Origin: Thermodesulfobacteriota bacterium
GTDB taxonomy: Bacteria; Desulfobacterota_D; UBA1144; Nemesobacterales; JAJCZQ01
Length of the DNA: 64,000 nt
Assembly (NCBI GenBank): GCA_965215275.1
Contig: OZ244044.1
Location: 1,926,024-1,990,023 of the forward strand
Direction: 5' to 3'
Positions 44,984 to 55,825 of this stretch are shown here, in pieces. A model generated the notes under the pieces. It had not been told where the DNA came from. It was given only the letters and a program-made list of their open reading frames with translations, and searched no databases. Position 1 is the first letter of the stretch; each line of letters begins with the position of its first letter. The translations under genes were made by a program, and so were the position numbers.

Positions 44984-45925
44984 TTACCTTGTAAGTTCTT
45001 TATAAGGCAAGGTCTTTCCATACATTGCCCTTGCTATTATTCCCATCTGATCTTCCGTGTCCAGTCTTCTTATATTATGCCTCCCCGAAAACTCATTTAC
45101 ATAACGACTTAAATGCTTTTTACTCATTCTGTGGAACGTCCCGTTATATCCTCTCTTTAACATTGCCCGGAACGATCCTACTCCGTTTACACGTGCCTGC
45201 TCTTTAACGTACTCCCTTACACTATGATTCACGCTCTCATGCTCATAAGGCAACCCTGTATAGCTTTTATGATCATCGGTATATGTTTTTACTCCACTAC
45301 CTGCGTTCTTAACTGTAAAACCCTGTATTTCCTCTTTACTATGTTCTGCTATAAGTTGGGCTATTACCCTGTTTGTCTCTCTGTTCTTCATTCCTACAAC
45401 AATGGACTTCCCACCACACCCTCGTGTATGACTACGCTTGTCGTTATGCTTATTTCTCTCTTTTCCACCTGTAAACGTCTCATCTGCCTCCACTGAACCT
45501 GTAAATACTTTCAGTTCTTCTCTGTTCCATGCCTCTCTGATCCGATGCGATAAATGCCATGCTGACCTCTGCGTAATATCCAGATCTCTATGCAGCTTCA
45601 TACTTGATACTCCCTTTAATGACGTGGCAAATAGATATATTGCCACTGCCCAAGCCTGATACTTGATATCAGAAGACTGCATAACGGTCCTGCTCCTTAC
45701 ACTGAACCATTTTGAACATCCTTTTTCCCTGCACCTGTACGGCATCGTCTTATGACCAGTCCCTGTCTGAACGTTTCTTGTCCCACAATACGGACATACG
45801 GGTTCCTTTCCCCACCTCCGTTTTACAAACCACTCCTCTGCAGCAGCATCGTCAGGGAATTTCCTGAATAACTCAACTAACGATATCCCTTTCCTGTATG
45901 ATTTCCCAGGTGCTTTCTTTGACAT
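44984..45925 (-). CDS. IS1595-family transposase
   Basis: CPYCG..YRC zinc ribbon, KGVSS, EADET, YTDD, YVNEFSGRHN. Confidence 0.93.
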   Translation of the reverse strand: MSKKAPGKSYRKGISLVELFRKFPDDAAAEEWFVKRRWGKEPVCPYCGTRNVQTGTGHKTMPYRCREKGCSKWFSVRSRTVMQSSDIKYQAWAVAIYLFATSLKGVSSMKLHRDLDITQRSAWHLSHRIREAWNREELKVFTGSVEADETFTGGKERNKHNDKRSHTRGCGGKSIVVGMKNRETNRVIAQLIAEHSKEEIQGFTVKNAGSGVKTYTDDHKSYTGLPYEHESVNHSVREYVKEQARVNGVGSFRAMLKRGYNGTFHRMSKKHLSRYVNEFSGRHNIRRLDTEDQMGIIARAMYGKTLPYKELTR

Positions 45926-46091
45926 ATAACTTCCTCCAATTATTTAACTTTCTTACCTGTAATACTGACAGATCTATAGCTTTGTCAACTGTTTATTTGG
46001 AGACTTCGTCACTATTGTATATAATTCTCAAAAGTTATAATTACGATTGCATTGATTTTATTATCTTAAACCACCTTTTAATAAAAAGAAA

Positions 46092-47266
46092 ATGTTGACT
46101 CCACCTATATATAGTAGTGCAGAAGGAGCAATTTTTAAGTTCACCGTAGTAATTACCTCCTACAATAAGGGGAAATGGCTAAAAGAGGCAATTAACTCGG
46201 TTATTAGTCAAACGTTGCAGGATGTGCAACTTATAGTAGTTGATGATTGCTCGGACGACCCTCATACGATTAAAATTCTGGGTCAGATTTCAAAGGATGT
46301 TAACTTAATAAGACTTGATAAAAACAGAGGAGTTTCAGTAGCTCGTAATGAAGGAATAAGGAACGCGGATTCTGAATATATATGTTGTCTTGACGGAGAT
46401 GATTATTTGGAACAAACCTATCTAGAAAAAGCAAGGAATGTGTTTGAAAACTATAAAAATGTTGGGATAGTGGTTCCTTTTTATAACGATTTTGAATATA
46501 TTACTGGCAAACAGAGCCATAGCAAAGGCAATACGAGTTTAGTCAGGATATTAACACAGAATTATATAGTAGGAACATCTTGTTTCAGACGAGAAGCATC
46601 CGTTAAAGTTGGGATGTATGATGAAAAATTGAATATTAGTGAAGATTGGGAGCACTGGATAAACATAGCTAAAGATGGATGGAGGATAAAAGTAATACCG
46701 GAATATTTAGTTAATATTAGAAGACACGAACATTCACTGTATGCTAGTAATGTTAATATGGCAGATGTTCGTTGTTCCTATATAATAAATAAGCACAGAA
46801 AGTTATACGAAAAACATTGGGTGAAGGTCATAGCTGCAAAACACCTGAAACTTGTTAGTACTATAATCCAAAGGAGAAGATGGCAGGCTCAACATAAAGA
46901 TTTAGAAACTCAACATAAAGATTTAGAAACTCAACATAAAGATTTAGAAACTCAACATAAAGATTTAGAAACTCAACATAAAGATTTAGAAACTCAACAT
47001 AAAGATTTAGAAACTCAACATAAAGATTTAGAAACTCAACATAAAGATTTAGAAACTCAACATAAAGATTTAGAAACTCAACATAAAGATTTAGAAACTC
47101 AACATAAAGATTTAGAAACTCAACATAAAGATTTAGAAAACATAAAGATTTAGAAAGTTTTCTGTTATTCAGGATTATGTCTTGGGTATGGTTTAACGTG
47201 TTCAAGAGATTTCTCCCTGAAGGTCTTCAGAAGTTAATATACAAATTATTGTTTGGTTATCGATGA
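46092..47266 (+). pseudogene. GT2 paralog with 11 full heptads; a 4-nt deletion in the 12th unit detaches the anchor (ORF stops at 47153)
   Basis: The out-of-frame continuation HKDLESFLLFRIMSWVWFNVFKRFLPEGLQKLIYKLLFGYR* is intact. Confidence 0.85.
46893..47155 (+). repeat. 21-bp tandem repeat CATAAAGATTTAGAAACTCAA x11 plus a 17-nt unit and a partial unit
   Basis: Counted directly. Confidence 0.95.
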
Positions 47267-47504
47267 CTATTACTCCATAACGGACTGATTTATCCGTTCG
47301 TACAGGTTATATCTGTCAAATACTTGCTTTAGCTGAATATCGTTTTGCTTTCTGTTCATGTTTATACGGCGCAGAGTGTCGGGTGTTTTACTATTATTTT
47401 GGGAATTATATACAATAGTGACGAAGTCTCCAAATAAACAGTTGACAAAGCTATAGATCTGTCAGTATTACAGGTAAGAAAGTTAAATAATTGGAGGAAG
47501 TTAT

Positions 47505-48446
47505 ATGTCAAAGAAAGCACCTGGGAAATCATACAGGAAAGGGATATCGTTAGTTGAGTTATTCAGGAAATTCCCTGACGATGCTGCTGCAGAGGAGTGG
47601 TTTGTAAAACGGAGGTGGGGAAAGGAACCCGTATGTCCGTATTGTGGGACAAGAAACGTTCAGACAGGGACTGGTCATAAGACGATGCCGTACAGGTGCA
47701 GGGAAAAAGGATGTTCAAAATGGTTCAGTGTAAGGAGCAGGACCGTTATGCAGTCTTCTGATATCAAGTATCAGGCTTGGGCAGTGGCAATATATCTATT
47801 TGCCACGTCATTAAAGGGAGTATCAAGTATGAAACTGCATAGAGATCTGGACATTACGCAGAGATCAGCATGGCATTTATCGCATCGGATCAGAGAGGCA
47901 TGGAACAGAGAAGAACTGCAAGTGTTTACAGGTTCAGTGGAGGCAGATGAGACGTTTACAGGTGGAAAAGAGAGAAACAAGCATAACGACAGGCGTAGTC
48001 ATACACGAGGGCCTGGAGGGAAGTCCATTGTTGCAGGAATGAAGAACAGAGAGACAAACAGAGTAATAGCACAACCGGTTTCTGAACGTAGTAAAGAGGA
48101 AATACAGGGTTTTATAGTAAAGAACGTAGGTAGTGGAGTAAAAACATATACCGATGATCATAAAAGCTATACAGGGTTGCCTTATGAGCATGAGAGCGTG
48201 AATCATAGTGTAAGAGAGTACGTTAAAGAGCAGGCACATGTAAACGGAGCGGGATCATTCTGGGCAATGTTAAAAAGAGGATATACCGGGACGTTCCACA
48301 GAATGAGTAAAAAGCATTTAAATCGTTATGTAAATGAGTTTTCGGGCAGGCATAATATAAGAAGACTGGACACGGAAGATCAGATGGGAACAACAGCAAG
48401 GGCAATGTATGGAAAGACCTTGCCTTATAAAGGACTGACAAGGTAA
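47505..48446 (+). CDS. IS1595-family transposase
   Basis: Same motifs as copy 1. Confidence 0.93.
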   Translation: MSKKAPGKSYRKGISLVELFRKFPDDAAAEEWFVKRRWGKEPVCPYCGTRNVQTGTGHKTMPYRCREKGCSKWFSVRSRTVMQSSDIKYQAWAVAIYLFATSLKGVSSMKLHRDLDITQRSAWHLSHRIREAWNREELQVFTGSVEADETFTGGKERNKHNDRRSHTRGPGGKSIVAGMKNRETNRVIAQPVSERSKEEIQGFIVKNVGSGVKTYTDDHKSYTGLPYEHESVNHSVREYVKEQAHVNGAGSFWAMLKRGYTGTFHRMSKKHLNRYVNEFSGRHNIRRLDTEDQMGTTARAMYGKTLPYKGLTR

Positions 48447-48498
48447 GATGAATAACGTTATACGATAAAAAACAGACCAAAAAACAAAGAAACTTGCA

Positions 48499-48714
48499 AT
48501 GACGAACAGGAAAAAAACAATAGAGATCTTACCAGGGAGTTATGAACCAACAGAAGAAGAGAAAGAGGATTCGTTTTCTATTGATACAACTCCGCAAAAG
48601 TCAGCAAAAGCTATACTCCAACCTGTCAACGTTAAAAAGAAGGATGTAAAGAAACACATTACTGAACGTTCAAAAAACAGGAAATGCTCCAGGCTTCGTC
48701 ACTATTGTATATAA
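48499..48714 (+). CDS. Small IS1595 accessory ORF
   Basis: Paralog of 44738..44926. Confidence 0.55.
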   Translation: MTNRKKTIEILPGSYEPTEEEKEDSFSIDTTPQKSAKAILQPVNVKKKDVKKHITERSKNRKCSRLRHYCI

Positions 48715-48840
48715 TTCCCATAAATAATAAAAAGGATTTTAATTTTATCAAGATAAGTCGCTGTTTCAAGAGAGTAAATTTTCAACATTAACAGAATATC
48801 TTGACTATCATCCAAGTTTTTATTTATATTTGTAATCTTA

Positions 48841-49320
48841 ATGAAAAAAAGATACTTTGTCTCAAGAGCACTGTTGCTTTGTTTGCTTATTGTTCCTTTT
48901 ATTTTAAAAAAAGGTCCCTTACGTCTTGAACCTTATCCCGCTGTAATCCTTCCAGGAGGAGGTCCTCCAAGCAAGAATTTGATTGGTAGTGATTTTAGAA
49001 TTCACAGTGAGTTGAGACTTTATATATTAATGGAGAATGCAGAGGTAAAAATTGATTACAAACGGTTTTTTAGACCTATTGGGTTTGCAAAGCATATAAT
49101 GAAAAATGATTTTGGATTAGGTAATACCCCCCCCCTCAAAGACTCGGCAACTAGGAGGGAAGGAATTAAATGGATAAAAGGTCGTCTTAATAAACTAATG
49201 GGTATAGATGAAGAAGAGATTAAGGGATTAAAATACGAGAAGTGCAGATTAACAGTATATTATGATGCAAAACGGTCAAATAAAGAAAAATGTAAGACTG
49301 AAAGTGTAATACTTTTTTAG
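48841..49320 (+). CDS. HTTM partner, copy 3
   Basis: Paralog of 4379..4870; C9 tract in place of G9. Confidence 0.8.
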   Translation: MKKRYFVSRALLLCLLIVPFILKKGPLRLEPYPAVILPGGGPPSKNLIGSDFRIHSELRLYILMENAEVKIDYKRFFRPIGFAKHIMKNDFGLGNTPPLKDSATRREGIKWIKGRLNKLMGIDEEEIKGLKYEKCRLTVYYDAKRSNKEKCKTESVILF

Positions 49321-49334
49321 TTTATAAGGGTATT

Positions 49335-50456
49335 ATGTCTGTTAAACCCGTATTCAAAGTATTGACCTATTTGGAAAAAAGGCTGCATGAAGTTGCCTAT
49401 ATGGACGCAAGATCATTATCCATATTCAGGATTATTTTTGCGTCATTTTGGTTGTTTTTTTTTAAACCGCCTGGATATTCACGGATATCGCAATTCCCCG
49501 ATATATTCTATAATCCACCTATCTTATCAATAGCCGCTCTGTTCAGTAAATTTCCGCCAGATGCTTTTTTTCAAGTAGTGGAATTTTTATTACCTCTGCT
49601 TTTCATACTCTTGCTATTTGGTTACAAGACAAGATACGTTTCATTGATCCTGTCTTTGCTTATTATTATCTGCGACTCTTTTCTTTACTCGTTCGGCAGC
49701 ATCCGTCACACGCGTCATCTAACGGTAATTATGCTTTTTCTGATGACCTTTTCCGACTGGGGAAGGTATTACTCAATTGATTCGTATAACGGTATTAGAA
49801 AGAAGTTCAGTAAAAAAAGAAATTACGGATTGTCATTGATAGCTCTATGTATATGCTTTGGTTTTTTTACCGCGGGTTTTGTAAAATATACATGGTTTGA
49901 TCTTGACCTGTCAACTCAATCTGCGCGAAGGTGGTTAAATAACACATACTATATTCACAAAAGCGACAAATATCTCGTTGGCTATTTTATAGAGTTAAAG
50001 AACAGTTTATTCTGGGAATTAATTGACAGCCTCGGATTTCTATTTGAAATAATATTTATTACCGCTTGTTTTACAAACAGAAAGATATTTAGAGTTTATC
50101 TTTGTCTTGCTGTTTTCTTTCATCTTTCTAACTATTTGATGCTCAACATAGCTTTCTATAAGACCGTTTTGGTATATGGTGCATTTGTTGATTGGAGGAA
50201 AATCATCCCTGCAAATAAAGATTGTAAAGGTTCTCATGCCTCTTGTGTTTTTAGAAAGCGGCTTTTTTTAATGTTTCTTGGTGTGGTCCTGTTACTTGTG
50301 ATGACTTTGAGTTTGCTGGGAATTAAATACACAAGTTTAATATCTGATAAAAGATTATTTATACTCTTGACCGGTTCTATTATTGCTGTTTGTTACCTTC
50401 TGTCTATTTTATATCATGGATTGTATTCAAATCATAAAAAAGGATACAAAACCTGA
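49335..50456 (+). CDS. HTTM-domain-like membrane protein, copy 3
   Basis: Paralog of copies 1 and 2. Confidence 0.75.
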   Translation: MSVKPVFKVLTYLEKRLHEVAYMDARSLSIFRIIFASFWLFFFKPPGYSRISQFPDIFYNPPILSIAALFSKFPPDAFFQVVEFLLPLLFILLLFGYKTRYVSLILSLLIIICDSFLYSFGSIRHTRHLTVIMLFLMTFSDWGRYYSIDSYNGIRKKFSKKRNYGLSLIALCICFGFFTAGFVKYTWFDLDLSTQSARRWLNNTYYIHKSDKYLVGYFIELKNSLFWELIDSLGFLFEIIFITACFTNRKIFRVYLCLAVFFHLSNYLMLNIAFYKTVLVYGAFVDWRKIIPANKDCKGSHASCVFRKRLFLMFLGVVLLLVMTLSLLGIKYTSLISDKRLFILLTGSIIAVCYLLSILYHGLYSNHKKGYKT

Positions 50457-50665
50457 TCCATAGGGAAACTATCAAAATTGCGGATTTAGTGAACAAAAAT
50501 GGTTTTTCAACAAGTTTGTATTTTATCGGGTGGGACAGCTAAACATGAAGTCCATTAGCACTAATAACATTGAAAATCAAAAGGAAATGGAAGTGAAAAA
50601 GGATGCTGTACCAAGAACGGTAAAGATAATTTGTTTACCAAATAATCTTTATAAATCCCAAAAAT

Positions 50666-50708
50666 AAAAAGCGGGACCTGAAATAAGGAGTATAATAACA
50701 GGTCCCGC
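50666..50708. terminator. Hairpin terminator (copy B)
   Basis: AAAAA-GCGGGACCTG...CAGGTCCCGC. Confidence 0.72.
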
Positions 50709-50802
50709 GTAATAAACACTTTAGAAACGGAGGTATTGAGAGATGAGAGTTAAGTAATTATCCTACGAAACCAAGTGTTTTTATCTTTTTCTATTCGTCT
50801 TT

Positions 50803-51900
50803 TTATATCCAGTACAAAAGCTGAATGGCAACACCATGCTGTGAATTATCTCCTCCAAAATAGGTTTCAACACCGTCTGCCTTATCATATCTGTATTCAA
50901 CTCTTGCCTCAGTGTTCCCAGTATCACTGGGAAAAAGTTTAAAAATGAAAGTGGAGGTAAATTCGTAAAGTTCCACATTTTCTCCTTCTCCGGTCCTTTC
51001 ACTATCATCAACGTATTCACCTCTTAAAGAAACAGTCACAGGGTCTGAAAGAGCAAAGGTCGCGTAACCAGCAACACCCCAGCGGTCTCCGCTTATGTCG
51101 TCCCATGTATACTCAAAATCCCCAACGAGGGTAATTTTCTCCATAAAGGTCATACTACCAACAACGGTAATGAGGCTTCTAAGTTCATCATTGGGTTCCT
51201 CCCCAGTGTTTCCAAAGTATCCTGTAACCCCTAACCAACCATCATCAGGAAGATTTATAGCAATTTGAGATTCGAATGTTTTTCCATCATTTTCATCGTC
51301 AACCGCATCCCAGTCATTGCTCAAGCCCAAAGCGAAGTCAATTAGTCCTGAACTGAATGTGGTACGAATACCAGAGTGTGCAAAAGGTATCCTATAAAAG
51401 AGCAATGACCTGGTTATATTAGTGTTATCCTTTGCCTCTATAAGTTCCCAACCGGCCAAGGTAGTGAACTGCCCGGCATAAACGTTAAAACTACTTGCTT
51501 CGGTTGGAACAAGTAGATTTATATAAGCTTGATAAGGACTGACGGCACCATCATTTTCACTACTGAAACCAAAACCAAGGCGTTCAGCCTGCTCACCAAA
51601 AAGTATGTCTGCTCGAAAACCAACTAGGTCTTTAATCTCTCCTTCCATAGTTGGAGTTTTTTCAATTGAAACGGTAAACGCATCTATAGAAAAATCGTTG
51701 TGTTCCGGATAAAGACCTCTTTCATCAATAGGGCCTTCTACAACATCTCTATCAAACATATACTGATATGTTGTATCAACAGAAAAACCAACATTAATTT
51801 CCTTTAACACATCTAACATACTTTGACCTGCTTCTGCTTGCCTTGGAATTACGGTAAGCATTAAAGCAGTTAATAAAATAGGTAAAAATATTTTTCTCAT
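50803..51900 (-). CDS. Outer-membrane porin, copy B
   Basis: Near-identical to 9009..10118 except for three patches. Confidence 0.8.
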   Translation of the reverse strand: MRKIFLPILLTALMLTVIPRQAEAGQSMLDVLKEINVGFSVDTTYQYMFDRDVVEGPIDERGLYPEHNDFSIDAFTVSIEKTPTMEGEIKDLVGFRADILFGEQAERLGFGFSSENDGAVSPYQAYINLLVPTEASSFNVYAGQFTTLAGWELIEAKDNTNITRSLLFYRIPFAHSGIRTTFSSGLIDFALGLSNDWDAVDDENDGKTFESQIAINLPDDGWLGVTGYFGNTGEEPNDELRSLITVVGSMTFMEKITLVGDFEYTWDDISGDRWGVAGYATFALSDPVTVSLRGEYVDDSERTGEGENVELYEFTSTFIFKLFPSDTGNTEARVEYRYDKADGVETYFGGDNSQHGVAIQLLYWI

Positions 51901-51985
51901 TTTACCCTCCTTCTCTAAAATTTTTTTCATTTCTATCTCCATCTTTCCTATAATCATCATCTAAATATCTTTTACCAAACACAAG

Positions 51986-53323
51986 TTAAAAGTCCGGATA
52001 GGCTTCCATACCATGCTCCGCAAGATCCAAACCCGTGATCTCCTCTTCCCGACTTACTCTCACTCCCATAACAGCTTTAATTATCATGAATATTACAAAC
52101 GAACAGATAATGGTGAAGATCCCATAGGCAACCACTCCTATAAACTGCACAAAAAAGCTATGTTCAGGATTGGTACTGAATAAACCTACCGCCAAGGTTC
52201 CCCAGATTCCACATACAAGATGAACGGAAATTGCTCCGACTGGATCGTCAATTCTAATTTTATCAAAGAACATTACAGATACCACTACTATAAATCCAGC
52301 TATCAACCCTATTAAAGTAGCACTACCTGGTGTCATAACGTCAGCCCCAGCAGTAATACCTACAAGACCTGCAAGAGCACCATTCAAAGTAAGGGACAGG
52401 TCAGGCTTTTTGTTCATCATCCAGGAAAGTATCATTGCTCCTACTACTCCTGCACAAGCAGCAAGTGTTGTGGTAACAAATACCAACGATATAAGTTCTG
52501 GCTCCGCAGAAAGCACCGAACCACCATTAAATCCATACCAGCCAACCCATAGTAAAAATACTCCTATTGCCGGAAGCGGCATAGAATGACCAGGTATTAA
52601 CTTCATTCCTGATGAAGTATATTTACCTATTCTAGGACCAAGTATGTAAGCACATACCAAGGCTGCCCATCCACCTACGCTATGCACAAGGGTTGAACCT
52701 GCAAAATCATAAAAACCCATTTGGTTCAACCAACCCCCACCCCACTTCCATGAACCTGCAATCGGGTAAACGAGGGCCACAAAGACCGTTGCAAAGATTA
52801 GAAAACTGCTAAGCTTTACCCTTTCTGCAACCGCACCAGATACTATGGTCGCGGCAGTTGCGGCAAACATTGCTTGAAATATAAAGTCCGTCCAGTAAGT
52901 ATATCCACCATCTGCATAAGCAATAAGTCCATCCGCGCCAAGTGGTGCGGATATCCAAGGTCCTGCAAATCCAAAAAACTGCCCAATTGAAAAATCCCCG
53001 GGGTACATAAGGTTAAATCCGCAGATTGCGTACATAATAATCCCCATTGAGATAATAAACGTGTTTTTAAACAGGATATTTATTGTGTTCTTGGATCTTG
53101 TAAGACCTGATTCTAAAGTTGCAAATCCAAGGTGCATAATAAACACCAGAAAAGTTGCGACGAGCATCCACACGTTATTTGCAACAAACAACGCATGTTC
53201 TGTTGTTGGTCCATCCTCTTGCGCATAAACCTTCACCCCTATAAGAAAAAAGTAGGTTATAACTGGAATGAGCAATAAGCGCATATAAGGTGATTTTGGA
53301 ACTGATAAAATAAAACTTTTCAT
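51986..53323 (-). CDS. amt: Ammonium transporter, copy B (intact leader)
   Basis: Amt motifs as in copy A; full N-terminal leader. Confidence 0.95.
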   Translation of the reverse strand: MKSFILSVPKSPYMRLLLIPVITYFFLIGVKVYAQEDGPTTEHALFVANNVWMLVATFLVFIMHLGFATLESGLTRSKNTINILFKNTFIISMGIIMYAICGFNLMYPGDFSIGQFFGFAGPWISAPLGADGLIAYADGGYTYWTDFIFQAMFAATAATIVSGAVAERVKLSSFLIFATVFVALVYPIAGSWKWGGGWLNQMGFYDFAGSTLVHSVGGWAALVCAYILGPRIGKYTSSGMKLIPGHSMPLPAIGVFLLWVGWYGFNGGSVLSAEPELISLVFVTTTLAACAGVVGAMILSWMMNKKPDLSLTLNGALAGLVGITAGADVMTPGSATLIGLIAGFIVVVSVMFFDKIRIDDPVGAISVHLVCGIWGTLAVGLFSTNPEHSFFVQFIGVVAYGIFTIICSFVIFMIIKAVMGVRVSREEEITGLDLAEHGMEAYPDF

Positions 53324-53365
53324 CTCTTATAATCCTCCACTGCTTGAATTTATGCAGTTATTAAT

Positions 53366-53381
53366 TGCAACTTGGATGCCA
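53366..53381 (-). promoter_or_regulatory. Sigma54 promoter (copy B)
   Basis: TGGCAT-CCAAG-TTGCA on the minus strand. Confidence 0.8.
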
Positions 53382-53570
53382 AATCGATAAACAAAATAGT
53401 AAAACAGGTGTAACATATTGAAAATAAAGCAGAATTTTTATAAATCTAAAACCGAGAAAGACAAACTCACCAAAGAATGCCTATAAATTAAGCACTAAAG
53501 TAATATTTGACAGGCAAGACCAACGATTTATCATAACCATAATACTTAATTTGTTCAGACTACACTAATT

Positions 53571-54503
53571 ATGAAGATAATTTTCATGGGAACTCCAGAA
53601 TTTGCAGTACCGTGCTTGAAGAAACTGATAAACTCACGGAACGAAATTGTTGGTATTGTATGTCAACCTGATAAACCTAAGGGAAGAGGTAGAAAAATTA
53701 CATTTTCGCCGGTAAAGTCCTTGGCCAAAGAAATGGCAATTCCACTCCTGCAGCCTGAAAAAATAAAAACGGATGAATTTTACAGACAGATCAGCAACAT
53801 TAATCCCGACCTGATATGTGTAACTGCATACGGAAAAATACTACCGCTTGATATACTGAAACTCCCCAGATATGGCTGTATTAATGTACACGCGTCCCTA
53901 TTGCCAAAATACAGAGGTGCAGCACCTATAAACTGGGCAATAATAAACGGAGAAAAGAAAACGGGCGTCACTATAATACTTATGGACGAAGGTATGGACA
54001 CAGGAGATATACTTGCAAGAGAAAAAGTTGAAATAAAGGAAGAGGAAACATCAATAGAGTTAAGTCAAAAATTAGCAGAGTATGGAGCAACCCTGTTGAT
54101 GGAAACAATAGACAGATTAGAACAAAATGAACTAACGCCTACAAGACAAAACGACGCCGACGCTACCTATGCACCAATAATTAAAAAGGATATGGGCAAT
54201 ATCAATTGGGAGAAAAAAGCTGAAGAAATCAATAATTTAATTAGAGGAACGCAGTCTTGGCCTGGATCTTTTACAAATCTAAATAATAAAACTTTGAAAA
54301 TATTCAAAGCATCCGTAAGCAACGACAGCGGCAAGCCGGGAGAGGTACTACGGTCTAATCCCGGAACTTTAAGGATTGGCACTGGAGAAAAATCATTGAA
54401 CCTATTAGAGGTTCAAATTGAAGGAGGGAGGAGAATAAGGACGGAGGATTTTTTAAGAGGATACAGAGTTAAACTTAAACCTGGGTGGAAGTTGGGCATA
54501 TAG
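53571..54503 (+). CDS. fmt: Methionyl-tRNA formyltransferase, copy B
   Basis: Same motifs as copy A. Confidence 0.97.
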   Translation: MKIIFMGTPEFAVPCLKKLINSRNEIVGIVCQPDKPKGRGRKITFSPVKSLAKEMAIPLLQPEKIKTDEFYRQISNINPDLICVTAYGKILPLDILKLPRYGCINVHASLLPKYRGAAPINWAIINGEKKTGVTIILMDEGMDTGDILAREKVEIKEEETSIELSQKLAEYGATLLMETIDRLEQNELTPTRQNDADATYAPIIKKDMGNINWEKKAEEINNLIRGTQSWPGSFTNLNNKTLKIFKASVSNDSGKPGEVLRSNPGTLRIGTGEKSLNLLEVQIEGGRRIRTEDFLRGYRVKLKPGWKLGI

Positions 54504-54584
54504 TCCTGCAGCAGATAATCCCAACTCCTTATCTCTATATGTATTGGAAATTATATGTTTTTCAGCAGTGTAGCCTTTCTATAA

Positions 54585-55825
54585 GGGGATTATATAGTTA
54601 AGTACCGAAGATAATATAACTATTCAGATTTATTAGATTTTTTACTTTTTGTTTTTTCATTGATATTTTTTTGTTTCTGTTTCTGAATAAATTGAGGATC
54701 AAGAGATAAAACTGCTCTTGTTATTTCCTCTAAAGTCCCTGGTATATGAGGAATTATCTTTTGTTTTTTACCTGCTGATCTTGCCATTTTAACTTATCAG
54801 TTCTTTGTATTTTAGACGCTTTCCTGACAATCCTTTTATTACTTTTTCAATCTGATCCATTGTTGGTAATGGTCGGATATTATGTCTGCCTGCATATTCA
54901 TCTACATATCTTTGTAAGTGCTTCTTACTCATCTTGTGATACATTCCCATGAACCCTCTTTTAAGCATAGACCAGAAACTTTCCATCCCGTTGGTATGGG
55001 CTTGACCTTTTATATACTCTCCTGCACTATGATTTACCCTCTCGTGCTTATATCCCTTCTTATTCAACCCGCTATATCCCAAATTCTCATCTGTATAGAT
55101 CGTTGATCCATCTCTAACTGTTTCTTTTATCATACTTTGTAACTCTTCTCTTTTTACAGTTTCTGTTACCTTTGCTTTTACTTTCTTATCTACCCTTGAC
55201 TTAATACCTACTACCGCAGATTTAGTCTTAGTGCTTCTACCCTGTGTCCCCTTTGCCTTCTTACTTGCATGTTTGTTCCTTTCCAGTCCACCAACACGGG
55301 TCTCTTCCATCTCTGCTGGAGACAGTAAAGGATCTTCAGACTGCTCTTCAAACGCCTTTCTTATTCTGTGTCCTAAATACCAGGCTGTCGTTTGCGTTAC
55401 TCCTATATCCCTCCCCAGTTTACAACTCGATACTCCTTTCAGATCAGTATTCAGCAAGTAAATTGCCATTAGCCATTTATGAAGGGATATCCTGCTCTCG
55501 GATAATAGTGTGTTGGTTCTTATACTGAAATGCTTATCACAATCTTTACATCTGTATCGCATTGTCGGATGTTTTGATCTTGATGTCCTTACGCTTCCAC
55601 AACGGGGACAGTGTCTGTTCTCTCCTCCTTTTCCCCATAATGTCCTTTCAAACCACTCTCTTGCTGATACCTCGTCTGGAAACTTCTTAAAAAATCATAC
55701 AAACTAACTTTTTTCTCTCGTACCATACTCTTTCCTCTCCTGCATATTTCTTTATCTTATATACTCTTTTAACATCTTTTAATTGATAAATTTACTCATT
55801 TCCGGTACTTAACTATATTGTTCCC
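54585..55825 (-). mobile_element. IS1595-family element subtype B, full length, transposase frameshifted near 5' end
   Basis: TIRs GGGGATTATATAGTTAAGTACCG / CGGTACTTAACTATATTGTTCCC; transposase 54789..55726; small ORF 54620..54787. Confidence 0.9.

Larger units (their letters stand above)
44706..46029 (-). mobile_element. IS1595-family element subtype A, copy 1
   Basis: 26-bp TIRs GGGAATTATATACAATAGTGACGAAG; transposase plus small ORF. Confidence 0.93.
47401..48719 (+). mobile_element. IS1595-family element subtype A, copy 2
   Basis: Perfect 26-bp TIRs; no target-site duplication seen. Confidence 0.95.
48720..54541. repeat. 5.8-kb inverted duplication, copy B
   Basis: Homology to 6381..12209 starts at the first base after the IS TIR and ends 3 bp before TIR-like GGAAATTATAT at 54545. 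Confidence 0.92.
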
